DNA of 64,000 bases from Raillietiella orientalis (taxonomy: Eukaryota). Location: NCBI GenBank assembly GCA_036172245.1, contig JAYWIR010000066.1, positions 372,001 to 436,000 of the forward strand. Direction: 5' to 3'. Position 1 is the stretch's first letter, and each line of letters opens with the position of its first letter. The position numbers and the translations under genes are program-made. The notes beneath the pieces were generated by a model, which was given only the letters and a program-made list of their open reading frames with translations, searched no databases and had not been told where the DNA came from. Shown piece by piece: positions 23,992-38,300 of this stretch.

Positions 23992-26900
23992 TTCAGGCCA
24001 TCATGTTTGCTACGTTTTCATTGATGGTTTTTTAGTTGGTACTGTTTGCCAAATAATTCTGTCCGCAGAAATTACTTGAAGCAATACGAACATTCAAAAA
24101 TCATAAAGGTGGGCTTTAAAATCTGGTCAATAACTGCTGAAACATGCACCAGTGTGTTAAAAATTGCTATGAAAAATCTCCCAATTAAGCAAAATTTGGA
24201 AAGATGCAATTTTGCATTAAGGGATGATGGAGAAGCGGTGCGTTCGTTCATGTCGAAATGAATCGGATCCTCCTGTCCCAAGAACATGGGAGCGGATCCA
24301 GAAAGGAATGAGCTGCTGTTTCTTATCCGGGGGAACGGATCTCTCTCCGTCCGGGTCACCTGCGTAATGGCTGTGTTTTCTTTCAAAAAATAGAACGGCA
24401 CCACAATTCGAGTTTCCTTTTGCATCAGAATTGCTGTCGTGTCTGCTTGTTCCATCGGCTGCTATGCCCGGGTCTTCTTCACTCGTCCTGCCATCGGAAG
24501 AACGCATTTGCCGGCCGCGCTTCGCGGGGGACTTCCACGAGACCACGCTCACGGACTCTGATCAAAATGTTCCCAATATTCGGTAACACTTGGAAGGAGC
24601 TTTCGTGTTCCTTCCGTGTTCTCCTGATCGCCCCAGGAGTGCAACCAGGATCGTACGCTTTGCTCCAGACAAGTTTGACCGTTCACTTTGGTGTCCCCCC
24701 CTTTTTTCTCTCTCTCTCTCTCTCCGGTTGTAGCAAGCAAGCGTGTGTTTGAGATTTTTTCTTCACCTTTCTTTTCTTCACCTTTTTTTTTTTTTTTTAT
24801 GTTCCGACTCGATCGTATTCGATCGACTTTGACTTTTAAGGAGCTGCTAAAGTGATCCTCCATCAGTGTTTCCAGAAATCCGTCCTCCGCCGGTTTGCTT
24901 ACGTCAGCTACTCAATGCAACGATGCATTCCATTCTCTGTACATCGTCCGTAAGGTGTTCGGTGTTTTATTTTCAACACCGAACATGCCCTGATGGAATC
25001 AGTGAGTATCCTGAACATCCTAGAAAGCACTAGCGAGCGTTATTAGTGCGCAACGTTAGTGCTTTCTAAGGTTGACATCGGCTCCATTCTCTTATGATAG
25101 GTTATAAAATAAGAAGCTTCCGATATGCGTCTTCTTTTATTTTTTTCAGAGTCTGCACAGTTTTCTGGAGGACAGTTTCCAAAAAATCTGACGGAGGTGT
25201 GGCTAGTCAGACAGTGCACCTATTCCGGCTTTCGTTCCCACAGGAGCCGCTCCCTACTGCACAGGTCTCCTTGAACCCCTTGCCGGCAGCCACATCTCAG
25301 TTTTAGGGAAACTCTCCAAAGCCGGATGCGAAGTTTGCTCCCTGCGTAAATCGTGGACCGGCCGCCAGCCATCCCGGGAGTCGAAAGGCAAAGGAACGTG
25401 CCGTACGAATCCGTGTACGGTTGCATACAGAGTGTCCGGGTGGCGAACACCGGTCTTTGAAGAGCTTTCAGCTTTTCGCGGGAATCATTCCAAACTAATT
25501 TTTCTAATAGTAAATACTGCGAGCGCTTCCCGCAAAAGAGCCGTTGTGCAAATTCATTTCGAATACGAACGTCTCACTGTGGCCCCCCCAGGGCAAGATT
25601 CCAGAGACTGCCCAGGAGGCGCGCCTTCCATGCTTTCGATTTTCCGCTTTCGTAAGGAGTGCTTAGGACAATATCACTCTGGAAGCTCCCATCCTACGGA
25701 AACCTTTCCTGAATGTGCACACGAGCAAACATGTTGTTCCTTTTTTTTTGTTTTTGTTTTTGTTTTTTCCGAGAATGAATGCCCATCACGTGTTAACGGA
25801 ATCCTGAGGCACCCTGTGCTTCTTCCCAAGTGCAGCTATTTACAATTTTGCAGTTGTGACTGCTTCTACTTATGAATGCAAAACAGGACGATAAAGTAAT
25901 CAGGCAAATCAAAAACACGTCGACGACTGTAATGTACGATTCCTAACGCTCTGAGCAGACGACAGCCGAGCTCCCCAAGAAGTGTTGGAGACGTGCGTAG
26001 GCCGTACGCAAGACACGGATTTGTTTTTGTTTTTGTTCGACCCGCCCCAACACTACGCGTCCCATCGTATCCAAGCCTCTCCTTTGGCAGGAGGCCCTAC
26101 AATTGTACAATGTCACGTACACACAAGATCTTGCACCAGTCGCTGGAGGATGCAAGCGCGTACCGATCAACCAAACAAAATAACGCCAGCTTTCGCAACG
26201 TAAATTACTCCAAACCAATTTTCGTGTAAGTACTCCTTTCCCGTGCCTCCATGTTTTTTTTTTTTTTTTTGTTGTTGTAACGAAATTTCCTTTTGCAATT
26301 CCGTCGACTTTGTTTTCCTCCTGAAACGAAATTGCCCTATAACAGAGAAGCACCTGCTGGTTTGAACTTCAGCCCTGATGGGAGAAAAATTTACGAGAAA
26401 GCCAGCCCTCCGAAAAAACATGGGATCGCGACGCAAAATAGAAATTTTCGTAGAATCGGCTTCTAGCAATGGGTGCCAGACATTTTCGGTTGTACTTGGT
26501 GAAAAGGGTAAGGCGAACTCCCCTGCAGGCACCTTGTGCACCAGGCGTGGATTTGGAGTGATCCACCGCAGCGGCAATACTGACGCTGCCACCACGAAAT
26601 TTGGAGTAAACAGTTATTCAACTCTTCCTATGGAAACCTCATGAATCGACAATCTCGAAACACATATCAACGTTCAACGAGTTGGAAGCGGGGAGTGTGT
26701 ATCCATCCGCATGTACTGCTGCATTATGCCAAAAGGCTCATTACCATAAATTTTGCAGGCAGATGCCATTCTCTTGATCAGCGCGATAATTCCCGGTCCC
26801 AGAATAACACTTGAGCCTTCCATTTTTTTCAACGTATGGTACGTCATTTTTATCATGGAGTCACTCAAAAAGTATTTTGAGTATCGGCACATTTTTTGCC

Positions 26901-27480
26901 GTTTAAATTAACACACGCACTGTGAGGTTTCAGCTCAAAGTGGGGTGCCTTCGATTTATTCATACCTCTTAGCTTGGGAAATTACAGTTGCAACGTAAAC
27001 GCGACTTAACAAAATTCTGTTAAATGTGGGAACTTGGTTTATACGACTGGTGAAAGCTAGTTTCACTAGCCAATGGGTTTTGCTGAATCTCAGTTGAAAC
27101 ATTTTCGCAGTTTTTGCAGATGGATAGGGAAGCTTTTCGTTCAAATTTGCCACTACTGCACACAAGACTCTTCACTACCACCGAAATTCCAAACCAGGAC
27201 CAGAATGGTAAATGTGTAAATGGCAATACGACTTAACAATTACTTCACTAATAATAATCCCAATAAAATATGCACCGGGGATACTGAATAAGTGACTTAT
27301 TTGTGAACCTGGGTCCCTGCCTTTGAGCAGTACAGCAGTCAAGCATAACAAACCTGAAAGAATCAGAATGGATACTGAACAGACACTGACGATACCTTCA
27401 CCAAAATAATAAAGACTGCCGATTCCAATACAGCAGCATAAAATTTCAATGGAATAACAGATACATTCAACTGAAAGTAA

Positions 27481-27486
27481 TTTATT
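27481..27486 (-). terminator. Candidate poly(A) signal of striatin
   Basis: TTTATT on + (AATAAA on -) ~190 nt after the stop. Confidence 0.4.
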
Positions 27487-27678
27487 AATGATGCATTTGG
27501 TTCCACGACATCAAAATAATTTAAAATGAATAGTGGAACCACGGAAACTCCACATGTTAAATGATTACTTTGTCCAAAAGTTGCACTATTCCTCAAAAGA
27601 ATGAAAACATTGAGGAAACCATCCATAATACATTGTCAAAAGTGCCACATAAAGTACAAAGGAGGTATGATTCTAAGA

Positions 27679-30600
27679 TCAAACAAAAACTTTAGTTAAA
27701 CCATCAGCACCTGCACTTGCTAGATAAGACATAGTGGGGTGGAAAGCTACATCAAAGATGGATTCATCAAATTTCTTCCTATGAGCTGTGATTTCTTGTA
27801 CACACATTTTGGTATCAAGGTTCCATAAGCGTATGCTACAATCATGACCTGAATTGTCAATGAAAGATAGCAATCAGCACTGTCTCCACTCTTAAGCAAA
27901 CTTACTTCCTGAAAGCAGGTAAAGTCCATTGGGCTCCATGGCGAGGCTAGTGACAGCATCTAAATGAGCTACCATGGTATGTATACAACAGCCACTATTA
28001 TTGTCATAAAAGCAAATTTGTTTGTTGTTGTACGCAGCAACTGTTAAAGCCAATGTTGGATGACAAAGTACTCGGTTTATAGAATCGCTAACATCAGACT
28101 ACGAGAAAGTATGGATCAGCTGGAACAATAAATCTTATTACCTGAGGATTCTCTAAACAGATGATTGGCTTTCCTGTCTCTAAATCACAAACAAAACAAT
28201 TTGAGTCACGAAACCCTACCACAAACTGTGTTGGTGCAGGATCTGAATGTACTAAATCCAATGACGTAGGGCATGCTTCTAAAAATAGTCACATTTTTGA
28301 ACCAAAAGTCCTGCTTTCTTTTTTTAGGTTTACCAGAATTGAACGTATACGATGATAGCCAGGGTTGAGAACTACCTGGCTTCCATACTCGAATGCTACT
28401 GTCAGCAGAACAAGAAAGCAATTGATGGCTTGTGGGATGGAAGGCAAGGCCCCAAATGCAATCTGTGTGACCAAGCAATGATTCAGTAAGAACAGTGGGA
28501 TTGAAAGTATCATAGGGATCCACTAAAGGACTGGGAACATTCCAACAATGAATCACACCATTCAAATCTCCACTAAAACACTGCTCTCCAGTAGGAGACA
28601 GGGTCAAGCACAAAATAGGTTCTGTGTGACCTCGAAATGTGCAGACTGGCTCTACATCCAAAGAAGCAGATCTAGCATTTTTAGTCAAGGCACTGTTTGC
28701 ATCAAAAAAAAAAAAAAAAGAAAAAAAAAAAGAAAGAAAGAAAAGAAAAACTTACTTTTTTGATGGTAAAGTTTTTTGCAGATTCCACAATTTTAGTGTA
28801 CAGTCCTCAGATGCAGTTAATAAAACGGGTTCTGTAGGGTGAAATGCCAGAGCTCGCACACCATCAAAATGGCTACGTAATGTATATTTAGCATTCCATG
28901 TTTTCCTATTTGCGTCTCTACAAGAGATCTAACAAACGAATTTTTGAGTACTTAATGAGCTTTCCTCACATCGTAACCCATTTCCTCATCATTGCTGACA
29001 GAAAAATGAGCCAGCTCTCCGAGACCCAAGTTATTTCTCAAGACAGTTTCTAAAGCACCTTCTTCAATTCCCACAGACATGGCAGCAGACTTGTCAGTTT
29101 CTGAACAATCTATGGTTACGTTTTTGCTAAATGAATCTGTCATTCACATGCACCATCATGCATTTTATCCAACTTCTACCAAAAAGTTTTACTGAACAAT
29201 CTCACTAAATACCAAACATTTTTCAATAAAAATTTTTGCAAGTAACTAACACAGAGAATTCTATACACGAAAAACTGCCCTTTCAAATCATATGAATGCA
29301 TACTTGAAACTGTGTTACATAAAAAAAGAAAAAAGCTTGTGTTCTTTTATGCGCACTGCACCATCTCATATCAAATTGCTAATTGTTTCTGAATCACAGA
29401 TGCACAATCTATAGTTACAGAAAGTAATGAAACAAAAAACTAACCTCTCACAGGAGACAACTGTGGCAAACTATCTATTCTAGTAGCATGAAGAAAGTCA
29501 AATTCAGAAAGCACCTCTTCAGTTTCAGCATCCATTTCTACTTGATCCCTCACCTAAATACATAGAAAACTTAGATATTATTGAAAACTCATTGGAGCTG
29601 ATGCTAATGCATTGACTGGAGTACATAAAATTACTTTGGCCTTCCTGGAATCCTGAGATCTCATATCAACTTGATCAGTATCTTCATCCACCCCTTCCAA
29701 TTCATCACTTGATGAATCCTCATCTATGTTTCCTACATTGCTATCATCTCCTGAAAGAAATTCGAAATTCGACATTACAGCAACCTCTGCATTTCTTAAT
29801 ATGGCTTCTTTAACGGATGGAGAACGCTAATGAATTAAATTATACACAATAGTTGTAAATATATCTGAACTTGATTCATACCACTTTCTGTCCTAAATGT
29901 ATGCAATTAAAATGTTGAATTGAATCTAATCCATTAACTCCAGAAGCAGAGTGTGATTTATCTTCATTTTCTGAGTTATTTGATATCCCTAACAAAGTTC
30001 GAACTCTCGAAGATCGTACATCAATTATAGTATCTGTGTATCCAATCTCTTGTAAATATCTATTGATACATCATCAAGAACTCCGCAATATCAAATAAAG
30101 AAACTAACTGCCGCAATAGCTGTCTTCCTTGCTTCCATTTTTTGTGTGTTGCAGATGCATTTTCACAATCTGCAGGTACATCTTCAAATGAGGTATTCAC
30201 CTCTGATGGCAAATCAATCCCATACTTCAATTTATGAAATTTTGCTCTAAAATGCATTTGCTTGATATTTTAATATTAAAGTCAAGTTCTCATTCTCACT
30301 TTCCTATCTTATCTGCTTGAAAACCTTAGTAAATCTCAAATGATAAATAAATAATATGCAATAATCATTTATTGAAATGAAAAAAAGCAAAGCAAAACAA
30401 AACAAAAGCAATTTTATTTAGCTTGCACATTTAGAAAGGCAATGAGTCTTCAAGCAGAATGAACTGTTAGCAAAATGTGAATAAAACTGGATAAAAATGA
30501 AACAGTACTAAAGATTGTTTGATACCTTTCTTGCTTCAGTGCATATTCAAGCATTTTAATTCTTCGAACAAGATCATTCTTAAGATTTTCCTGACCTTTT

Positions 30601-32319
30601 CTTTCACCTTGAAGAAAGGATATTTTTGCCTAGAAGACATTCATCTGGAGAAACTTTACAAAATGCATTCACCTTTATATTTTCAATTATATGCAAAATA
30701 TGGTAAAAGGAACATACTTGATTGCATACATGAATGATTATTAGAGAAAAAAGAAAAAAAATAAACAGGAAGGAGTCATTCTGTAACATACAATTTTTGT
30801 TTATAGACTGCTTCATTAACATAATAAGGAATGAATTAAGAATCTTACAGAGAGCTTTATTTTGGTGTTTTGAAACCAAACTCCAATTTACTGTTACTGT
30901 GTGTTCACCAATTTGTATTCTTGGATGCTGTTATATTAGTAGAAGACACACTGTTACCAGGCAAATAATCAATCAACTTAATTCAACTAATTCAATGTTA
31001 CAGTCAACATGCCTCCATAGGATAAATTGATATTAAGTTTGGAAAACAAAATTCCTAGTTCCAAATCAATATATTTGAAAAATAAAGCCGACAGTTTACA
31101 AACATTGAAAAAGGCATCAAAAACCTTGAAAATGAAAAATTACCTCTTCAAAACTTATTTATGAAATGGATTTCCTATGCTTAATAAGTTCAATTTTTTG
31201 ATCACATAAATCAAAGAAAATTAACTCCTAAATCATTTTGCTACCGTATAACAAAAAACGACAGCTTTCTTCTTTCTTATTACAAATTTATTTCAAATCA
31301 ACAATGATTGCAGAAAATTCAGATTTTCTTAACTGTCATGATAGAATGCTGATGATTGAAACGACAAAGAGTTGCATATTATATATTGCAATATAAAAAT
31401 CGAGTTGCATTATGCGCAAGACATGATTATCAAATTAATAAAAAAAATACCTGACATCTACAACTTTTCTAAGAACTTGCATGAGCATATTTCACATTTT
31501 TCTTGTGCTTCTGAAAACTTTACTGTTTTGCAATTCATTTGCTGATTAAAAATTCTCAAAACTTAAGGATTTCAAATTTAAAAGCAGAATCATACAAAGA
31601 ATGAGAGTAAGAATTTAAAAAACGAATTATTATTGGGTGAAAACCCCCCGAAAGTGTACATTAAAATAACAAAACAAATGAAATACTGCATACATTAACA
31701 CAACTACAAAGTTACATGAAACAAAAACTAATCTGAAAACAGAACGCCAGTCCTCATAGAAATTTATACAGCAACACAACTATGACTGCAAAAGTATTCT
31801 GCAATGTTTCTGTAAAAACACATTCACCTCTAAACAGGATTCGATACCAAGGTTCATTAAAAGGTCATAATACCCTTCATAAATATGATATAATTAGGTA
31901 ATTCAGAACGCTAAATGCAATTTATGAAACTATAAAGCATTTTAATACTTCAATTCCAACTGATTGAATATGTGAATCACCATGATAGGTTTACTCATCT
32001 AACATATCAGTTTTGAATTAGTAACCAATGCTGTTGGTAACTAATTCAATATCCGCTGAAGAATCATAATTCTTACTTTGTAGCTTCAATTTGCTTGAAC
32101 AAAACAGATTACCTCTAGTTCCGCCTTTTCCAGTTCCCATTGCACCCTTTCCATTTCAAATCGTGTCCACTCATGCTGAATAAAATGGAGAATCCCTTGG
32201 ATCGAGTATTCAGGTGATTTCTTTTGTTCTTCGGCAGCTTTGTTGTTGTTTCCTGATGGCACGAGATTAGGTGCGGAAACCTGACCATTTGGGGGAAGTG
32301 TATTTGATCCTTCATCCAT
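27679..32319 (-). CDS. STRN: Striatin family protein (Cka/STRN3-like STRIPAK scaffold), ~689 aa. Exons 32319-32113, 30629-30526, 30246-30109, 30059-29882, 29826-29635, 29553-29445, 29100-28970, 28928-28756, 28671-28334, 28278-28142, 28098-27906, 27848-27679
   Basis: Hallmark motifs are YSIQGILHFIQHEWTRFEMER, FLQGERKGQENLKNDLVRRIKMLEYALKQERAKFHKLKYG and WKQGRQLLRQYLQEIGYTDTIIDVRS. WD40 repeats start TWNAKYTLRSHFDGVRALAFHP and end HRKKFDESIFDVAFHP...AGADGLTKVFV*. Exon lengths sum to 2070 nt. Confidence 0.95.
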
Positions 32320-35300
32320 ATTTAATAGCTTCATAGTAGATTACTAACATTTTGATTTATAGTAATAGTGGCTCATGGATAATTACGCTAAATGTACATC
32401 AACTGACAGCACGATTATATTAACTTTTAACTTTTAATTTCTACTAACATAGCACATGATCACTAGCATTCACACACTTCTACTCCCGTTAAAAGCCGAG
32501 ACTTAAATGGCAGCATGTTTGCCAAGTTCCCAAAGTTTTTTCTTAAATAAACAAATTACATTATGGAAGCAAGTAAAACAGTTAGTGTTCCTCAAAAAGG
32601 ATTTCCGCACACAATAAATTTATTGTTAATATACTCAGTAAAAATTATTTTGAATAAGTATTCAATGAGTATTGTCTCTATATGAAGAAAGCAAACAGGA
32701 TATTAAAAATGAACCGGAAGGAGTCTTGAATTTCTTAATTTAGATTACGCATTTCGTAATAGGTGACACCGACCTTTCAGCAATCGGTCACTAAAAATTA
32801 GAGGTAGTTTTGAGGGTCTCTGTCAAAGTTGTGTTCCATTTCTTTGAAACAGAAAAGATATACCTAGGAAATGCGTGTATGTATATTTGTTGAAAACGTA
32901 CGTTTAAATTTAAACATGTAAATAACAAAACGGCAGTCAAAATGTTTCAGTTTTATAGTTATATCTAGAAAATTTCGAGTTTGAATGTTGAAGCAAAAGA
33001 ACGCAAGGGATGATGTTTCTTTACAAGTTTTAGAATAATCGCATTTTTATTCTAGCAGAAAACAAAGGATCCGCTTAAAAATCATGCAATAGACTTTTAG
33101 TTTTTAAAGTTTTATTTTTGTTTTTATAGAATTTCGCTGGTCTTTTAGATGAAACTGCATACTACTTCATACCCTATGTTGCTTAAAGTGTTCAAGATGC
33201 CAAGATTCGAGAATAGGATTTAAACTATCAGCATCATTAACGATACTGCTATAACTGTTTCAAAATTTTAAATCTTGTAGCGCTTTATATTAGCTCTCAA
33301 GTCAGATTAGGGTATTGCGGAAGTTGTATAAAGGAGCATGAGCACACTATTAGAAAATATGAGAACAAGGATGCAGATTCTATTGAATTCTTCCATGGCT
33401 CATAGATTGCCAATTTCAGGTAAATGTATCAATGCTGAATTACGCTTGAGGGATCAATGAGATCAATGCAATAAGCGGTGTGTAACAAAGGTGCTTACCG
33501 TCACTATCTACTTACAGTTGGTGATAATCACACTCTATCAAAGATCCTGATGAAGTATGATTTACAGTTGGTCATTTCTTGTCTGCAAAATTTTCAGATC
33601 TTAATGCAAATATGAATTAGTCATTATTTTTATGAAAATGCTTGTCGTACGGTTCATTAAGAAAAAAGCTATTATAAGTTTGCAAAAGATCGAATTGTTT
33701 TGTTTCCAAAATTAAGCAAAAATAATAGAAATGATTGCAAAGCTTCTTTCACTTGTCTCCATATCACTTTGAAAAAAGGAACTAATTCAGTCGATTATAC
33801 CGCACACAAGATGCCATCTTGGTTGGCATGTTTTGAAAGACGGAACTAACAAATTTCAAATGCTTAGGATGAAAACTTTTTGTAGTGAACCGTAAGTTGC
33901 CGATGGCAAAGTCTAGTTGCTGTCATCATTTCATTCTTCTAGAAACCATTTATGCACGCAAATTTTTGTTTTCCTCTCACTCTTGTTTGCCTCGATTTAA
34001 TTCCACACGCAGTTGAATATACGAACATCAAAATGCACAAATTTAATAGCAAATGCAGCATAAAGCAGTCCAAACCGGGATAGAAAGCAAATCCCTAATA
34101 GCGACATCGGTCTATTTGTATTTTCAATTTTGCTCGAGATGCCCTCAACCTTACTTAACAGCTTCCGTGGAGATAAATAGGCAAATCATGTTTTGTGTAT
34201 TGGTTCTTAAATACCAAATGTCATGGTCATCGCAGTACACAAGCTTGAGAGAGCAGTGTGCATCTACGATTGTTAGATGATTCTAAATGAAGCAAGATTA
34301 TAAACCGTAAGACCAATAAGTGTATCCTAATCATTGATCCGCATTCGGGAAATATATGATATGATTAGGCAAGGATGTACATATATGTACAAGAAATAAA
34401 CAGAGTGCTAAATCTCCAAGTGAAAACCCGTGAGAGTGTGTCGCAACACTTTTCCGTTCAGGCACCAACGCATGATCAGAATATATACTTTCCAATATTG
34501 AGGTTTAATACACATATCTTCATGATCGGTTGTCTCCCTACCTGATTTTATTTGCACATTTTGCAAATTCAGTTTGGTTTCGTCCGATTTTTCTTTTGGA
34601 ATTTAATCCTATGCGCATCCGCAACAGAACTCCATAACTTATACATATCTCATTCTTAAAAGATTCTCCTGGAAACAGTTATTAACTCTTGGGAATGAGT
34701 ATCCACAGATGTAGAATTCTTAGCCTTTCATATCTTTCTTCACGTTTATATGAATACGTAAAGATGAAGAAATCGTACTGATCAGAAACGATTTCTCGAT
34801 GGCATTGGTGATGCTACATCTCTCGAAGCAGCTTGAGCCTTATCCACGTTAGATTCCTTTCAAGAACTAAGTCGAGGAAAGGATAGTTCGTTGGAAAAAT
34901 GAACGCGGACGGATTCTAAATTTCCCAATCAGATGGTCGATTTTTGTATGTCTCTCTGTGCTGACAAACAGGCGGACAAAACAATCCGAATTACAGGAAC
35001 TTTCCTCTCTCCGCATAGCATGAAAGCCAATTGTGGGTATCCAGTTGGCATTGCAAAGGAATTTGATTCGAATAATTTCACAGGACAGTAGTAATTGATG
35101 ATCATTGTCATCTTACTTTGTAATCACTTTAGTCTATGCCACTTAAAATCAGCTCTCTCTTCGTTGAGGTAATGTTACGTTCTGTGCCTATTCAGGATGC
35201 TCAGAGTTATAATGGAAATTATTTGGACAGCTGCTTATTTTTGATCGGATCGCATTTCCAAAATGTCCTGTTTCTATGTAATGTGTGTGTTTTGGAGTTT

Positions 35301-38300
35301 CCAAACGTAAGCGTTCTGAGCTTTTTATTACTTGACATGCCTTCATCATTACATGTTGCTTTTCTGTTTTCATCTTCATTGTTTACTCTCATTTTCCCAT
35401 TCTGTTCCCTATCTATATTTTCATTTCGTCCTTGTTCTCTTCCGAATCCAGTTAGTGATATCCGGAATTGCACAGCGCAGAAAGATCAAAAAGTCTGGAG
35501 GGACTTCAGTACCACAATCAAGCTTCAGGTTCTTCAATTTAAGTACCCTAAAACTGAAGGGTTTTTCATAATGTCCTAAAGCTAAAACGATAATCATTCT
35601 GAAGAATAGAACATCTCAAGACCTCTCCAAAATGAGAAAAATCTCTTGAATGCCTTGAAGTAAGGAGAACCTGGTATCTCACACCTGGCATGGATGCTTT
35701 TTATTACTTCTAAGCTAAAGATTTTCCCTGAAGTTCATGGGCGCTCTTGAAAGACTGAATGGGAAATATTTTCCATATCGTCTTAGTGAGAGCTGTCAAA
35801 ACAAGAAATATCTATTGAGGATGGTTATGGGTTTGCAATTTAGTACAATTTCTAGTAGGTTGGATCGATAGCGGCTTCTACTACACAAGGGGCCTTTATT
35901 TCAGCGGTCCCTCGTTGTTTCGCAAAAGGTAAAATGAAATTGCGAACAGGTCAAAAAGGTTGCAGTGCTAACCAGGAATAGAAGGGAATGCTTGCTATTG
36001 CAAACCTATGCTTTTTGTGTGTGTGTTTTTCAAATCGAAAGAGTCAATTAACCGGTCAGGCATTGACGTTGGGCGCTTGGAAGGTCATCACGAAAGTCGC
36101 CTACATGCGATAAACGGAAGTGTTTCCTTTTTAACCTTCCCTCAAAGTTGCAGGCGAAGAAGACGCGCAGCGGCACCTCGGGAGGGGTTGGCTCCAGAGC
36201 ACCCTCCTGGGCCAGAATGTGGTCCTTGGAAGCCCCACACGCATGCGCAGAAAACGGCCGATGCTGGATTTTCGTAGGAAAGGATGTGTCAGACCTACCG
36301 CACCTCTGTCCGCACAGCTACGGATCAAGACAAGCACGGCTTGACTTGATTTTCTCATTCGAAACATTAGGAAAATTCTATTCACCCTATGATCTCAGAC
36401 AGAAGAAACGGACTCTTCTCTCTGGAAAACAAAAAGGAAAGAAACGAACTTGCAGGTGAAAATGAATACCAAAAGTCACGAATGTTGGAGTCACAATGAG
36501 GAAAAGGCAATTTCGGATTGAATTCTTCATGTATACTTCAAACCCGTATTGAGTGTACTTTTCCGATCTTCCAACGGGGATTTTGCATTTGAAGAAGATT
36601 CAGAGGATCCAGTGAGTTCCCAAGGTAAAGGAAACGACGCGCAAAATTCCGAGACGAACTGAAGACAGCGTGAGTTAGGTTGGTAAAGAATTCCAAGAGA
36701 TGGAACCGTCAAGCATACATAATTAAATAATGATAGGTAAATACCAATCACCGTCAAGTAGCATGTACGATTCATCTATCAAGTGGGAAGTGCGGACAGA
36801 AAGTCGGGAAACAGAGAGTAAACTGGCCACAGAAATAACAGCCGTAGCCATGGAGACTTTCAACACTGGCAGAGTGATGTCTGCCGAGATGTGAAGAGGA
36901 AGAAAGCGCCGGGTACCGAATGCTGAAAGTTCCGAATCATCGATTTCCTTCCAGGAAGAGATGCAGCAGACCATAAGCCCCCCACGAGGGGATTTCGCAA
37001 GGTTTCCCGTTCGTGGAATCTGTGCGGATTTGCGGATACGTGTGTACTTCAGTGTGGTTCTAAATCAGTGTTTATGAGCCGTTTCGAAGCATTTCTGTCT
37101 TCCACAGTGATTTGCAAACCTGACCGAAGGAAGAAGCTCCGTTCCCCTTCTTTCCGGAAAGGTTTTTTCCTTTCTTTTTTTCGAGTTTTTATGAAAGCAA
37201 TCTTTGCGAATGGTCTTTTCGAATTTTAAGAGTTGATTGACGCAGAACTCCAATAAGTATTCCATGAGTAGATCTGGGGAGGGGTAGAAATTCTTAGAAT
37301 TGCTTCGTTTTGACCAATACAGTCGGTTGATAACATTCCGTGTACCGCATGGTCCATGAGGACGAAAAATGCGCGCAACGAATAACTCGAAAACTGTGTT
37401 CCTGTCGACCTCGTCTCGCAGCTTTCGGTTCCCGGTCCTTTCTTTGGTGACCCTTCCTGTAAAAGCGATTCGCTCCCTGAAAAACAAACAGATATCCAAC
37501 CACGTGATTTGTAGTCCTTCGCGTGTGGCCCACTGAAACTCTTTCCCGAGTGCACAAAAAATGAAAGACGAGCTCGGTTTTTGTCGGTCTTCGTGAGAGA
37601 TGACCAAGGACGAACTCAGCTAATGGTGCTTGCAAGTGTGGTGCAAGTTTTAATGGTCACATGGAATGAATGGAACCTCAGACAACATTATTGGTCACGA
37701 CGAGACCCTACACTTATAGACGACTCGCTCCTGTCGCAGGAATGGCAAAGAGACGCCGTACGGGGAATATCGGCTACTGTTCCAATTCCATTCACTACAT
37801 TTTAGGACATCACCATGAAAAGATCTGTACAGAGTTGACGGAAGTTCCCAACCGAGCTCTCACTTGATGCAAGTCGCAGGAAGCATCTGCTAACGTTGGA
37901 CATCTGAATAATAACCGAGCAGTACTACAAACGATCTCGTTTCGAAGCAAAGAGTATTCGACACGCTACTCGACGCGTCCTCCCACCGGCACTCTCCATG
38001 ACAATTTGTGAATTGGGAGACAACTGACAAAAAAGAGCTGTAGGATGTCTATTCTTCTGGCATGACATCAATGGCAGCCAACGTGGTATCGAACACTTGC
38101 AGCCACTTTGAGCTTCTGAGCTCAAAGTGGCTGCAACTTTGAGCTGCAACTTCTCAATGCTTCTGAGCGTCTCCTTCCAGACTCACTATTTTATGCTTTT
38201 CACTGATCCTTTCAGGATACTCTATGGCTCTCTATTCCTATTTGCAGCAGTGCAAACATTACATAGAAGTGATCTGATCTCAGACAGCACCGCGTCCTCT

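Noticed and set aside
24046..27226. Short ORFs between URB2 and striatin
   Set aside because: No domain similarity or consistent exon chain was found.
29304..29408. 105-nt cassette exon in the striatin intron
   Set aside because: It contains in-frame stops and needs a 36-nt upstream intron. The 6-nt microexon reading has the better acceptor.
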